Counted from the first letter of the stretch, positions 1 through 14,377 are shown. The stretch: DNA of 64,000 nucleotides from Eledone cirrhosa (GCA_964016885.1 OZ024741.1:292578001-292642000); one strand, 5' to 3'. Made by a program: numbers and translations. Notes: generated by a model from the sequence alone, not told the origin.

Positions 1-384
1 CTTGATAAAAACTTAATTTACGAATGTAAAGTTATAACTGACACCAATTCCTTCACCTATTTTGGCTCCACTTCCACCTCTTTTAAAGCTCGTCTTTATA
101 ACCATCATTCGTCTTTTAAATACAAACTTAAAAGAACAGACACGGCTCTCTCAGAACTCATATGGTCCTTCAAAGAGAAAAATATTAAATATAGCATCTT
201 TTGGAAGAAGGTTTCTTCTGCGTCTTTATACTTGAACAGTTCTCTATCCAAAATTTGCAATCTCTGTCTAAATGAAAAAATTAGCATTATTTCTAATTTA
301 GATTCTATAATAAATAGACGCACTGACTTGTTTTCTATCTGCTTGCATAAATTCCATAAAACATTTCACAAAGTATATAGCTAA
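1..384 (+). CDS. C-terminal GIY-YIG endonuclease of a Penelope-like retroelement (ORF enters from upstream of the window)
   Basis: Frame +1 is open from base 1 to TAA at 382-384: LDKNLIYECKV..TYFGSTSTSFKARLYNHHSSF..TALSELIWSFK..CNLCLNEKISII..INRRTDLFSICLH. It has the IY/YxG motifs and catalytic R, E and N. No start codon inside the window, so it is absent from the ORF track. Confidence 0.9.
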   Translation, partial: LDKNLIYECKVITDTNSFTYFGSTSTSFKARLYNHHSSFKYKLKRTDTALSELIWSFKEKNIKYSIFWKKVSSASLYLNSSLSKICNLCLNEKISIISNLDSIINRRTDLFSICLHKFHKTFHKVYS

Positions 385-1476
385 TATTCAATTCTTTATC
401 AATTTAGAATCTTTTTCTCAAAGGCACATATATATATATATATATACACTTCTTTTAAAAATATACCCATCTTTCTACCTTATTTCAAAGGTTATTATAC
501 ATTCTATAATACTTGTTACTCATTCTACATCGCTCCTATTTATCACTTCCCTTTCTTCTCTTCTTCTTTTAATGTCTAACCCCTAATCTGTACCTTTTCT
601 CACTCTTGCCTAACATAGAATCAATTATTACATAATAAAATACATTCTTACTCTATATCACCTTGTACAAATCCTTCGTAAACATATACATTTTTTTGAC
701 GTTAGATTATTCATCCTCAATTCATTATTCTTTTCTCCCTTTCATCTAACTCATTCATGGTCATCTCACAATATTTCCTTACTTAAATAACCTGTTGTTC
801 CTTTTAATAATACATATCAACATTTTCTTAAGATCGCACATATTATTAAACCCCTAAATATTATTCTCAATACATATTAACATTTTCTTTTTCATCGCAC
901 ATATTATCAAACCCCTCAATATACAAACCTTAACTTTACATTATTTTTTCTCTTCGTTAATTTTCAAATTCTTTTAATTTATACATTATCTTCCAACGGT
1001 TTTCAACCTCTCTATGTAAAACAATATATCTTTCTCAGTTATAAAAGCTATCTCTCTCTCTCTATCACCCATCTCTCCTCCTATCTCATCCTTCCTCATT
1101 ATACTCCTCCTTCTCCACTTTTTACTCTCATCTCCTCCTCTTTTTCATCCTTTCCACCCCCCCCCCTCTAAATGAAATATTTTTCCCAATATCACACATC
1201 AATCTAAAACTACTTCTCATATGTTGATTTAAAACTGAACTATCCACAAGTGTTTTTTAACCTTCATATCATGTCTTCCTGTTTTATCTGATGAAAACAC
1301 AAATATTATTGCGTGATGATATTCGTTTTTGAAATGCGCATAATAAAATACATGGAACTCTTTTAACCATCTTTTGTTCTTATATATTATGTATACTCCA
1401 GTCCTACACATTGTAGAGTGCTTCTTATCCGATATCTGCATTGCTTTATTGTACTACAATAAAACTCACCTCCTAC
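385..1476 (+). mobile_element. 3' non-coding region / pseudo-LTR of the Penelope-like element
   Basis: Pyrimidine-rich tract after the GIY-YIG stop. Contains a hammerhead motif and AATAAA at ~1458, and ends directly in (TA)n. Confidence 0.7.
1276..1357 (+). ncRNA. Type I hammerhead ribozyme in the Penelope 3' repeat
   Basis: ttcc-tgttttat CTGATGA [aaac..aatattat/atgatatt..gttt] GAAA TGCGCA TA ataaaata..ggaa. Core intact, stems I and II pair, stem III is palindromic. Confidence 0.85.
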
Positions 1477-1507
<31 letters not shown>

Positions 1508-1763
1508 AATGTGTATATGTATATATGTATATATATATGTATATATGTATATATATATGTATATATGTAAATATATATATATATGTATATATGTATATAT
1601 ATATATGTATATATATATATATGTATATATAAATATATATGTATATATGTTTATATATATATGTATATATGTATATATATATGTATATATGTATATATAT
1701 ATGTATATATATGTATATATGTATATATATGTATATATAAATATGTATATATATATATATGTA

Positions 1764-1849
<86 letters not shown>

Positions 1850-2051
1850 AATATATATATATATTTATATTTGTATATATGTATGTATATATATGTATAT
1901 ATGTATATATATGTACATATGTATATATAAATATATATATATATGTATATTTGTATATGTGTATGTATATATAAGCATATATGTATATATATATGTATAT
2001 ATGTATATATATATGTATATATGTATATATATATGTATATATGTACATATA

Positions 2052-2090
<39 letters not shown>

Positions 2091-2173
2091 ATATATATAT
2101 ATATGTATATATATATATGTGTGTATATATATATATGTATATATATATATGTATATATATGTATATATATATG

Positions 2174-2222
<49 letters not shown>

Positions 2223-2236
2223 ATATATATATATAT
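1477..2236. repeat. Compound (TA)n/(TATG)n microsatellite
   Basis: Directly visible; source of the YIYI ORFs. Confidence 0.98.
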
Positions 2237-2239
2237 GTG

Positions 2240-2451
2240 AAGGCGTGTGGCTGAGTGGTTAAGGAATTGGATCGCAATCGTAAGGTTATGAGTTCGATTC
2301 CTGGACCAGGTGATGCGTTATGTCCTTGAGCAAGACACTTTATTTCACGTTGCACCTTCTACCTGGAGTTGCGATAGATAGTATTAGCAAGTGGAAAGAC
2401 CAACGGAAACATTGTTCCCTCGGTCCGATTTGACGAAAGTCGATCGTTAAG
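2240..2451 (+). mobile_element. tRNA-derived SINE (family S1)
   Basis: A-box TGGCTGAGTGG, B-box GTTCGATTCC, then the CORE-like gtccttgagcaagacacttta; flanked by (TA)n. Confidence 0.8.
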
Positions 2452-2703
2452 AATATATATATATATGTATCTGTGTGTATGTATATGTATGTATATATAT
2501 ATGTATGTATATATATACGTATATATATGTATGTATATGTATATATATGTATGTATATGTACATATATATGTATGTATATATAAATGTATGTATGTATAT
2601 GTATGTATGTATGTATATGTATGTATATATATATATGTATGTATATGTATGTATATATATGTATGTATATGTATGTATGTATGTATGTTTTTGTATGCGT
2701 ATG

Positions 2704-2734
<31 letters not shown>

Positions 2735-2753
2735 GTATGTATATATATGTATA

Positions 2754-3323
2754 TAACTGTATCCCAGTACAACCTGTCTCATGGTCGGGTCGTTGGCGAC
2801 TAAACTGGCAACCCCACCAAGGTTTCTTGGGTGACTTTGGACATCCTGCAGTACTAAAAACAAAACCTGTCAAAGGGCAAAGGAGCTCTTCGAGTCAATG
2901 GCCATCCAAAATCACTGGGAGAGATGACCCCTTAGCCTTTGTCAAGGCAGAATTCTAGGAGAAGGAAAACTCTGATATAACACCTGCAACCCTGATGGTA
3001 TCCAATGATGTTGACTTGTTCTTTTTGATAAGTATATTCTTGGTTAAGAGAGTGGGACTGGCTTTGTGCAGTGCCTTTGCTCACTATAAAAGCTTCACGG
3101 CACAGGCATTGCTTTATATCTGGAGATCTCTCTGCACTTGTCATCACATGGTACCATGGGCCCAGCACTATGTGTCAGTAATTGTCACAAGTGTAGTGTT
3201 TGTACCAGAGTTTTCAAGTCGCTGGCTGGACTAAAAAGTCACACTCGTTTAGCGCATCGGTAGGAGTTCTCCTACATGGATATAAGGTAGTTTCCGTACT
3301 CGAAAACGAGTTGGCAGCCACCA
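2754..3323 (+). mobile_element. Non-autonomous RTE-5'UTR-like element, family A copy 1
   Basis: Near-identical inverted copy at 22401..22983. Carries the RTE-type 5'UTR motif ctaggagaaggaaaactctga and a 3' hairpin ACTCG-AAAA-CGAGT. Both ends abut (TA)n. Confidence 0.8.
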
Positions 3324-3569
3324 TATATATGTATATATATATGTATGTATATGTATTTATATATACACATACACAATTGCACTTTTATTATGTTGCTGTG
3401 ATTTAGGCAGTGGAGTGTAAGAGCTTAGATGTTCTAAAGTTTTAAAGTCAATTAACTCTCTCTAGTAGCCATTGCAAGGTTTCCCAAGTATAGAACAATG
3501 CCACTGTTGAAGATGTCACAATTTATTTCACTCACTAGGTAGTCAGTCTAGTAAAGACAGACTTAACAC

Positions 3570-4122
<553 letters not shown>

Positions 4123-4417
4123 TGACACAAGTAGAAAAAATAAACTAGTAGAATGAAGAAGAAAAATCGTGGTAAGAATACAAGCTAAATAATTCTTGTT
4201 GTTTAGCCGTAAGTCAGCTGTGATTAAAAGCCATTCAAGCCATGACCATCCCATCCATTTTTTCAAATGCAGTGTATCTAGGGTCACGTTATCCAATATG
4301 ATGAAGCCATGAATATAGAGGCTGGGCCATAATTAGTTCACTACAAAGAAACATAATGGTATGCTTGCAAACGTGCAGTATTTTGAACATTTAATGTAGC
4401 TGACTAAACTTACATGA

Positions 4418-5041
4418 TTTCTTCTTCTTCTTCTTCTTCTTCTTCTTCTTCTTCTTCTTCTTCTTCTTCTTCTTTGTCTTCATCTTCTCCTTCTTTGTCT
4501 TCTTCATCTTCTTCTTCTTTGTCTTCTTCATCTTCTTCTTCTTCGTCTGCTTCTTCTTTTTCTTTTCTTCTTCTTTTCTTCTTCTTTTTCTTTCTTCTTT
4601 TTCTTCTTTTTCTTCTTTTTCTTCTTTTTCCTCTTCCTTTTCTCCTTTTTCGTTTCTTCTTCGTCTTCTTCTTCTTGTCTTATTATTCTGTTCTTCTTTT
4701 CTTCTTTTTCTTCTTCTTTTCTTCTTTTTCTTTCCTTCTTTTTATTTTATTTTTTTATTTCATTTTTATTTTTATTTTCTGCTTCTTTTTCTTTCCTGCT
4801 TCTTCTTTCGCTTCTTCTTCTTCTTCTTCTTCTTCTTCTTCTTCTTCTTCTTCTTCTTCTTCTTCTTCTTCTTCTTCTTCTTCTTCTTCTTCTTTTTCTT
4901 CTTCTTCTTCTTCTTCTTCTTCTTCTTCTTCTTCTTCTTCTTCTTCTTCTTCTTCTTCTTCTGCTTCTTCTTCTTCTTTTGCTTCTTTTGATTCTTCTTC
5001 TTTTTCTTTTGCTTCTTTTGCTTCTTCTTCTGCTTCTTCTT
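4418..5041. repeat. (TTC)n microsatellite / polypyrimidine tract
   Basis: Directly visible; explains the poly-S/F and poly-R ORFs. Confidence 0.97.
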
Positions 5042-5059
5042 TGAGAGATCATAGCTCTG

Positions 5060-5312
5060 ATATTATGGGTATATGGTTAGAATGTCTCAAGAAATAATCA
5101 CCAGACAGATTTTATGGGCAAAACTTGCTGGCAGGAGACCAAGGGGTAGACCCCAAGCAAGATAGTTGGATAACATCCATAGATTGGCTGGTTTTGCTTG
5201 GGGCTCCAGCCAGATAAGTTGGAAATGGTTGCTTCTGACAAGATCTACTGGAAGGAGTGTCTGAAGACTCTTCCCCCATGATCCTTTCAGGAATAAGTGG
5301 GTGAGAAGAAAA
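5060..5312 (+). pseudogene. Degenerate RTE LINE 3' end
   Basis: Decayed G.RPRGRP...W.D motif (ggcaggagaccaaggggtagaccc..ttggataacatcc); related to 8650-8750. Confidence 0.6.
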
Positions 5313-7016
5313 GTAGCATCAGTGAAGACTTTGTTTCAATATAGAGAATTATGTGAAGAAACCTATCAAAATCTAAGTTACAAAAATGCTATAAAACTTT
5401 GGATTGCCAAACTGCACAGTATTAAAAAAAAGAAAGGAAAATGTGAAGTGTTAATATACATATTGTATCTCTAAAATGTGACAGAATCCCACATTGTATC
5501 TCCCCAATTTAAGAAGATATAGATAAGAAAACAAACATCCAATGATAGATTTTTAAATCCTAAACCACTCATAATTTATACTTAACAAGGCTGAACATCT
5601 ACAGTAATTTTTTAATTAATGCAATTTAATTTAAGCTGATTTCATCTAGTAATCTTACTTTAACGGTGTCTATCTATCTGCCAGTCTGTCTGTGTGTTTA
5701 AGTCTCTATAGTTAAGCATTAAAGCTTAAATAAGCAACAAAAATATTGTTTTAAACTGTCTTAATATTATTTTGATACCTTGTCATTCTGTTATATTATT
5801 ACATCATATTGTTATAAATCACATATAACTGCAATGAAAACAACATCCATGATATAAACATGTTGCTTACACACATATTAACACACATACACATATTCAC
5901 AAATTTTACAATGATGTACTGGCATCTAGTAGGTTTAAGAAGTCATTAAATATCACAACTTACAGAGTAAGAAGAAATGCAGTGAAAAGGTCACGTGTTT
6001 TAATCCACCATATTCAATCAATACTGCAATTGAAAATTATTCAGCAATCTTTAAAATTTCTTCACAGACATAATTATACATTTTCAACCCAAATTCACTT
6101 AGAATAAGCATTTGAACTCTAACAAACTTTTTCCTGACACTGCCATCCATTAATAACCATTAATGTTGAAATAAATATATAATTCAAATTACCAGAACAC
6201 AAACAATATTATCATTCCAGAATACAATTACTATTCAAAAACTTATGTCCAGTCAATGGTAATTTTCTATGAAACACTGTTATCTATATAGTCTGTTTCA
6301 CATTTCACATTAATCAGAATGAAATAGATTATATTGGAATGACAGCAAATCAATTTAAGATTAGATATAATCAGCATAATTATACATTTAAAACATTACA
6401 AAACAGATTTGACATAAGCATAATGACATATTTCTTTTTACGAGTAATTTATTTAACCTATATGAGTCGGTTGCTTTTAGACAAAGTGTTGCATTATATA
6501 TAGCCTATTCTTGAGAAAATCATGTTTAAAACACTGAATAAGCACACCAACTCAATTTCTTCTTGCCCACATAAGAGAAAATACCTTCTTAGATAACATC
6601 TTGGTATCCAACCAACTATGTTTTGAACAATCCTGAAATATAAGTAAAATGTATTTTTCTTATTAAATATTTCAACATCTCAGATATTACAAGAGTGACC
6701 TCCTTCTTATAAATAACTCTTCTATCTTTTTCATAATAATGGCACATAAGAGATTCATACGAAACAGGTTTAATTTACTTTATATAAGAAATCATTTATA
6801 CAAAACTACTTTAAAATATTAAAAAAGATATTACACGTTAATTAGTATTATACAAATTAAACAATATTTTTTTTTAAATATTACAGATTAATTAATGTTA
6901 TACCAGTTAAGCAATACACATCCAATTCATAACCTTAATCATTGAATAATAATTGATTTTGAATAATAAGCAATAATAAATTACACCAGCATATATATAA
7001 CAACATAACCCTGCAT

Positions 7017-7049
7017 TGCCTGATGAGCCGTATGATAGAGAAACGTTGT

Positions 7050-7053
<4 letters not shown>
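7017..7053 (+). ncRNA. Degenerate minimal hammerhead motif
   Basis: tgc CTGATGA gccgtatgataga GAAA cgttg TT gta, abutting (TA)n; stem II is damaged. Confidence 0.45.
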
Positions 7054-7096
<43 letters not shown>

Positions 7097-7834
7097 AGCT
7101 CTTAATCAAAATATATAGTATTCTGCGAGCGTTCTTTTTTGCTTTATGATTGCTTTCAATTTGTATATGTAAATATACACACCCACACTCGTATGTCTGT
7201 GTATATATGAATATAAACACATATATCCACATATATAACGCCTACGACAAAAAATAAATTTCTTTCTTTTTTATAAGATCTAACGTGTAATTAAAACATT
7301 CTCATAGCTCAATTATATGGTCAGTTAATTAGTGTTTTGTATACCAACACAATTTATAATTAATGACACCACCAACAACAACAAATGCTAAATGTTTCAT
7401 TATTAACTGGATTCTTTAATGAGTTTGTTGTCTACTTTTTAAAAATGTTTTTGTTATGTTGTTGTTTTTACCTGTCCCCCTTCTGAAGACTTCTACATTT
7501 TTACCTTCTTTTTTCCTAATGCAGCTTCATTTTTCTTTCAATTTAATAATTCATTGTTTTTATAGTTTTCATATTGTTCATTGTGTTTTAGTTTGTTACA
7601 TTTCCTTTCTGTTTATTCTTAAATATTATTTCTGTTTATCTGTTTTTCCTTTTCTGTTTTTCTTTCTTTCACTCTTATTTTTCTATTCTTTTACTGGTTT
7701 CAGTCATTAGACTGTGATCATGTTGGGGCATTGTTTATCTTATTTTCATTTACGTTATTTTCATTTTGATGTTTTCTCTGTGTGTTCTTTTCTGTTTTTC
7801 TTATCTTAAATATTCATTTCCTAATTTAATTTTT

Positions 7835-8760
7835 ACCAAAGTAGCACTGCCAAGAGCTATATTCTTGCTTTATAGACCTTGAAAAGGCATATGACAATCT
7901 TCCACAGGGCGTATTGGGAAAATTCTGCTGGAGTATGGGATCGATGGACAGCTTGTTGCTCTGATGTCTTTATATGAATGCCCTAGTATTTGTGTGTGGA
8001 TAAATGGTTAAAACCATTCATTGTGAGCGTTGGTCTTTGCCAAAGAAACATACTGTCAACTTTCTCATTTATAATCATCATCAACAGGATTGACATGTGC
8101 AGCCAGATTGGAAGTGGTATCAAGACTGGCAAATGTAGGATCACATAGTAGTGGATGACATAGTACTATTTAATTTGACAGAAGGGGCTCTGCAACATGC
8201 ACTTGTTAGGTTTGATGTCGAGTGCAGTACAGCTGAAATGAAAATCAGTGCTGTGAAGATTGAGACACTTGTCCTCTCAAGGAAGCCTGCACTATACACT
8301 CTACACGTGAGTAGAATTCCACTGAAGCAAGACGAGAAGTTCAAGTATTTTGGGGCTGTGTTTGTGAGTGATGGAAGGCAGGAGGTCAAATTAAGTACAA
8401 GTATTGCAGCAGGTGTGCAGTAATGCACCGGATTCAGTATGTGGTAATCAGACAAAGAAAGGTAGTTGTGAAAACGAAATTTGCTATCTTCGATTTGGTA
8501 TTCATGCTAACCCATACCTATGGTCATGAATCTTGAGTAATGACCAAAAGAATACAATTGTGAATACAAGTGGCCAAAATGGGGTTCCCCCAAAGGGCCT
8601 TTGGAGCAGTGTTGCTCAATGGATTGTGTAGCTCAGAGATCAGAGATTCGCTCCGGCAGGAAAACCAGGGATCCCCAGTAAGATGGTTAGATAACATACA
8701 TGAACTCTGCTGGTCTCACTTTGGCATCCAGCTGAATCAATATTGTCTAAGTGAAATGCA
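7835..8760 (+). pseudogene. Decayed RTE-clade LINE reverse transcriptase fragment
   Basis: CFIDLEKAYD, VDDIVL (YADD-equivalent), FKYFG and YGHES motifs with stops and frameshifts. Confidence 0.85.
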
Positions 8761-11489
8761 AAAGCTGATAAAGCTTGTCACCTGTGACATAGCAACTCAT
8801 TTTTTCCAGCTGATTGAATTGGAGCAACATGAAATAAAGTTTCATGCTGAAGGACACAATGACTACTCAGTGCAGGAATCAAACTCACAATATCATGTCT
8901 GCAAACCCAATGCACTAAACACTAAGCCACATGCATTCACACACATACACATATACATTAACTAAAGCACAGAATTAAACTCCCACATATTACAGTCAGA
9001 AATACAAAAGAAAAAAGTAAAAGGAAAAAAATACACGAAACATTTCTCTTGTGCACGTTTTCTCCAATGTTTTCATATTTTTTGTTTGTTTACGTAATTA
9101 ACAAAATCTATTTTACGTTATTTCGTTAAGTGTCTGTAACAAAATTGGATTCTCTCCCGAAGCAATTGCCACAAAGTAGTTCTTTCCAAAGATGTAATAT
9201 TAGGTTTTTATGTTCAACCAAACTTAGACAATAATTTTCCATGCAGCTAAACACTAAAAATTAATAATCAGTAAATATTACATTAACATCGTTTATTGTG
9301 CATTTTTACTGTGTTCTTTTGTTTATTCTGTTGTATGTTTTTACCCTAACAAACATAGAAACTAAAACATTTTTAGTTCTTCATAAACGTGACCATTAAT
9401 TAGTTAAGATTCAATATTATTTATTTATTTCTGTGTTTTGTGTGCGTTTTTTTTACCTCATCTGAAACTTGTACAAGTTTTTTTGTAGTTAGCAAAAAAA
9501 GAGAAAAAAAAGAAATAACTGATATTGTTGCAGTGAAGTAAAATCAAGAAGTTGGTAGCTGCTTTTTGTTTTTATTATTAGTGACTAACTTAGAACTTTC
9601 CTATAATATCTATAATTCCGTTAGGTCTTTCAGTAGCTAAAAACCCCAGGGCTTGCAAATTTTTAAACCTTTGAATCCTGAAAAATTGGAGTGTATGAGT
9701 GAGGCGTAGTTTGCCAACATGTCTAGGAGAAGAGTAACTCTGAATAAGAACTAATCTGAAGTGTGAGGACCCATCTAACCCAAACAAACATAGAAAGCAG
9801 ACATAGATTAATAATAATAATGGTGATTGGGGTGATAATGATAATGACTTATATTTCTTTCACTTAATTAAGGAACTGGAGAGCAGGAATACACATTAAA
9901 TGTAGAAGCATTTGTGCTATTTTTCTTTCTGCATGTTTATTGAATGGTGCAGACTTCTGTATTCTAATTAATAATTATATGTTGATCGGAATTAAATAAT
10001 TATTAGTTCTAAAAATTGTTCATATTCTACCATGATTCTGCTGAAGAACCAACATTTTGATATTCCATAATTAAATTATATCTAAGATGTGTGTATGTTT
10101 TTGTATGTGTGTGTTTGTAAATGATATATGTGTCAAAATGTCAGCTGTTCAATCAACTGAACTGCCTATTTATTTAATTATAGTTCATGTAGTTGAGTAT
10201 TCCACAGACATGTGTAGTATCAGGGTAACATTGTGTGTGTGACAAAACTGACCCTTTCGTTTACAAATGCAATGCATTCAACAGGTCCACACATTTCCAC
10301 TTACCTAATAAGGTGTGATAGTTTGCTTGAAGCAATATGAAAATGAAATGTGGGTAAATTTAGAAGGCTGTACAGTGCAAGTGGGTTAGAATTACCAAGG
10401 AATTGAGAGAGATGAGGTAGAAAGCAAATTGTGGGAGAAGGAAAATAAAATAAAAAAAGAATAACTGAAAGTTTCTTTAGCATTTTATTAGTCACAAAAT
10501 ATTTCAGATTTCCACCCATTATCAATTTTAAACCTAAGTTCTCTCCCAAGGCATTGGTCAACCTAAGAGTATGGTAAAATATACTTCCAAAAGATAACAG
10601 ACAGTAAAACTGAACCACACACTTCCATGGTAACAATAGCAAACTTCTAACACTTGGTGATATATCCACCAATACACACACACACACTTGCACATACACA
10701 CACACACAATGTGTGTGTGTGTGTATATATATATACAAATATACATGCATGTAAATATGTGTGTATGTGTGTATGTGTCAAATATTTCATTTCCATTTTA
10801 ATAAACAATTTTGTTAATAAATTTTACTAAGATAAAATATCACTAAAATGAAACAAAAGACCACCTGAATTATTTATTTCATATATAAAATTCCATTCAA
10901 AATAATTGAATTGTCTTTAGTATTTAATAAATGATATCACAATAAATTCTTTAGCATTATTGATGCCAGTAAATGATTAAGTTTTGTGAGTCAATGGAAG
11001 AGTCTCTAAATGCTGGTTTCACTTGCTAGACATAACAGGCAGTTCTTTTTCATATCATAATTATCTGAAAGAATAATAATGATCTCTACTATAGGCACAA
11101 CGCCAGTAATCTTTGGGGAGGGGAAAGTCGATGAAATTGACCCCAGTACTATGAGAAATATTACTTTAGATCATAACTGTGGTCTGCTTGATCAGAACTG
11201 ATCTGGGGAAGAGGACAAACCCCCCAAAAAGGAGTATGTTATTGTTTAAAGACCGTCTGGATGTAAGTTGGTTGTCACATTTTGTGGATTGGTTCATCAT
11301 AGTTGATAGAAGCAGTTTAAATAATGGTGATGCTGGGTGATTGGTGATGCTGGAAAGGATGAGCATGTAGATGATGGGGAATAATTGTGCCAATTTTTGT
11401 TATATAGATGTTAATTTTGATGGTGGTATGAAGATGAGGTTGATGATAATAATGGCAGTATTGCTGCTTAATGGAAAACACAATGTTAA

Positions 11490-11689
11490 CCCTTTCATTA
11501 TCACCCTGCCTGAACATGCCCATGGTTCTATGATACAAAACTGTTTTAATGTGTTCCTACTTATATTAAAACTTTCCATCATAATTTTATGTAAACATTC
11601 TTTGATCAGTTATGTTCCAAACACCAGTTTAATAATAAGAGTTATATTACTAAATAGTGTTTTACATTAAAAATATGGTAACGAAAGGG
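11490..11689. mobile_element. piggyBac-type MITE
   Basis: TTAA|CCCTTTCATTATCA ... TGGTAACGAAAGGG|TTAA: terminal inverted repeats (TIRs) plus TTAA target-site duplication (TSD). Confidence 0.8.
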
Positions 11690-11699
11690 TTAAGATAGA

Positions 11700-12185
11700 G
11701 TGTGATGATAATAAAGAAAATGATGATTGTGTTGGTGATAATAGTGTTAGCATTATAGTTGATGACCAGCTTGTGATGATGACGATAATATAGACTTGTA
11801 TGATGGTTATTATGATGGGTGTGGTGAAGTTGATGATGATGATAATAATGGTAAGAGTGGTGTTGGAGGAAATAACATTATGGTAGATTGTGATGATGAA
11901 TATGATGATGATTGTGCTGATGGTAATGGTGGTGTTGTCAGTAGTAGTGGTGGTGGAGTTGTGTTTAATATGATAAGGTAGATTGAGATGATAATGAAAG
12001 TGATGGTGGTGGTGATTTTGACAATGATGGAGGTTGTGACGATGATGCTTGTGTTAATGAAATGATGATGGAAATGATGTATGCAACGTAGTTTGGGTGG
12101 TGATAATAAAGCAGATCATGATGACAATGAGGATGATTCTGTTGGTGATGATGATAATGATGATGGTGAAGATAATGACAACAAA
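11700..12185. repeat. Degenerate (GAT/GGT)n low-complexity tract
   Basis: Directly visible; similar tracts at 34400-35160 and 57950-58160. Confidence 0.85.
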
Positions 12186-12769
12186 TACTGAATGTGTTAT
12201 ACTGAGATATCATTATGAATCTGTCCAAATATTTTGTGCTGAATCTGGTTTACTTTCTTGAAGAGGGAAAAGGATTAATAAATACTCACAATGGACCTTG
12301 AACAACTCTTCCTACCATCCCCATCCCACCCATATTGATGTTTGTAATTTCTCTTTGCCATATCTTCCTCATCCGTCATCTTTGTGGCAAATGAATTATT
12401 ATTATTATTATTATTATTATGAATATCTATTATTGGGTTGGCCGAATTGGTACAACATGCTTAGCGGCAAAGTTATGGCGTTTTATGTTCTGAGTTCAAA
12501 TGCCATTGAAGTTAGCTTTGCCTTTCATCCTTATGGAGCCAATAGAATAAAGCACCAGTAATGCACTGGGTTTGATTGAATCGACTTTCCCCTCCCACTA
12601 AAATTACCTTGTGTCTAAATGAGAAACCATCATTGAGGGTATTTATTCATCATCATCATCACCATTTTTACATGCTTTTTCCTTGTTTGCATGGGTTGGG
12701 AGGTTTTTTTTTCAGCAAACCATCCCTCCACATGTTGTGGTTCTTTGTCTATTTCTCAAACATAAAGTA

Positions 12770-13005
12770 GAGAGTCAGCATATATTCGGTTCGAGTATCT
12801 ACAGTAATAGACCAAGTCATGAATGTGATGGAAAGAGTTCTATCATAGTTAGCTAGGAAAAGAGTTAAAGTAGATGAGATGCAGTTCAATTTTGTGCCAG
12901 GGAGAAGTACTGCAGATGCCCTCACCCTAGTGAGACAACTACAAAAGTAATTCCTAGTCAAGAATAACTCACTATGTTTAGCTTTAGTTGATCTAGAAAA
13001 GGATA
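12770..13005 (+). pseudogene. RTE RT fragment
   Basis: IDQVMNVMERV..VDEMQFNFVPGRSTADA..LALVDLEK with in-frame stops. Confidence 0.85.
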
Positions 13006-13417
13006 TTTACATATTTCTCAGACATAAAATAAAGGGTCGGTTTATATTCGAGTATATACAGTAAATTCACTAATTTAATGTCATGGCTAAAGTACAGGGT
13101 GAAACATTTAAGATAATGTGTGGCCATGAAAAGTTATGTGAAATTTTTAGGGTTTGGAAATTAATTGTTTTTTGTTAGTTAATACCAATAAACAAGGGAA
13201 ACAAAAATGATAAGCTATCATTAAAAGCATTTTATATAAAGAACTATTAAATTAAATGGTGTAATTCACATGATACAATGATGAACTAACACATATATGC
13301 CAGTATAATTAGTTATTATTACTTATGTAAACAAATTATTCAATGAAGAAATATCATCATAATCATCATTAATGTTCTCCTCATTACCATCATCATTGAT
13401 ATTATTATTACTATTAC

Positions 13418-13453
<36 letters not shown>

Positions 13454-14377
13454 GATGAAAGCAATATATTAACTTTTTTGTTTCGCATTGTAGTCATAAA
13501 ATGTAATTAATCATTTACTGTTTTTTTCTTAAATTTGTATTTTTTTTATTTTCACATTTGGAATTTTATTTCCCTCAATATATTATCTCACATGACATTG
13601 AATGTCGTAAAATAAATGGCAAGAAAAAATACATCCAGCAGCATGGGATCCACCTCTCCCTTCATAAATAAAAATGAATGCAATGTTTTATAAGGAATAG
13701 ATCACCATTTCAGCAAATGGTTGATCAGAAGGGGAAAGAAAGAAAAAAAAATCATTTCTGCATTGCACCACCACCCCACACAACCCTACCCCAACCCTTC
13801 TTTTTATTGTACTTTATATATTTATTTCACTTTTTCTTTAAATTCTGTCACAGTTTCTGATGAGTAAATATATTACATAAGGAATGGATCATTTCACCGA
13901 AGGGTTGATTATAAGGAGTACTTCCTTCCCCAACACATTTCACTGAAAAGTCCTCCCACTCCCCCATAATATCTGAACATTATTTGAAACAATAGCTTTC
14001 CCTTATTGATTACTGTAATGTTTATTTCAAGTTTTGCTGTTATTTTTTGTTATTTTTCTAAGGCTAATTCCAATTCAATTCCTTTCATGAAACAATGATG
14101 TAATATTATGTCGTTGATGTTTGTAGTCAGATTATTGTTAATGTTGAAATCCAAACCGATATATTCATGTACATGCATGTATGTATGTGTGTACATATAT
14201 GTATATAAGTATGTATGTATATATGTATATGTATTTATGTATATGTATGTATATATGTATGTATGTGTATATGTATGTATGTGTATATATGTATGTATGT
14301 GTATATATGTAAATGTATGTATGTGTATATGTATGTCTGTATGTATGTGTAGATGTATGTCTGTATATATGTATGTA

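Noticed and set aside
105-323. 72-aa minus-strand ORF
   Set aside because: It is the antisense shadow of the GIY-YIG frame on the plus strand.
1441-2958. Long YIYI/CVCV/HTHT ORFs here and at 22.8-23.6 kb, 29.5-31 kb and elsewhere
   Set aside because: They are translations of dinucleotide microsatellites that happen to lack stop codons.
4414-5097. 227-aa Ser/Phe-rich ORF and antisense poly-Arg ORF
   Set aside because: Both are readings of the (TTC)n microsatellite.
9590-9787. 65-aa minus-strand ORF in unique DNA
   Set aside because: No recognisable motif or linked exon; the length is compatible with chance.
13850-13885. CTGATGA GTAA atata TTAC with a perfect stem II
   Set aside because: It is followed by ATAA rather than GAAA and has no stem I or III. 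The motif at ~55890-55925 (minus) fails in the same way.
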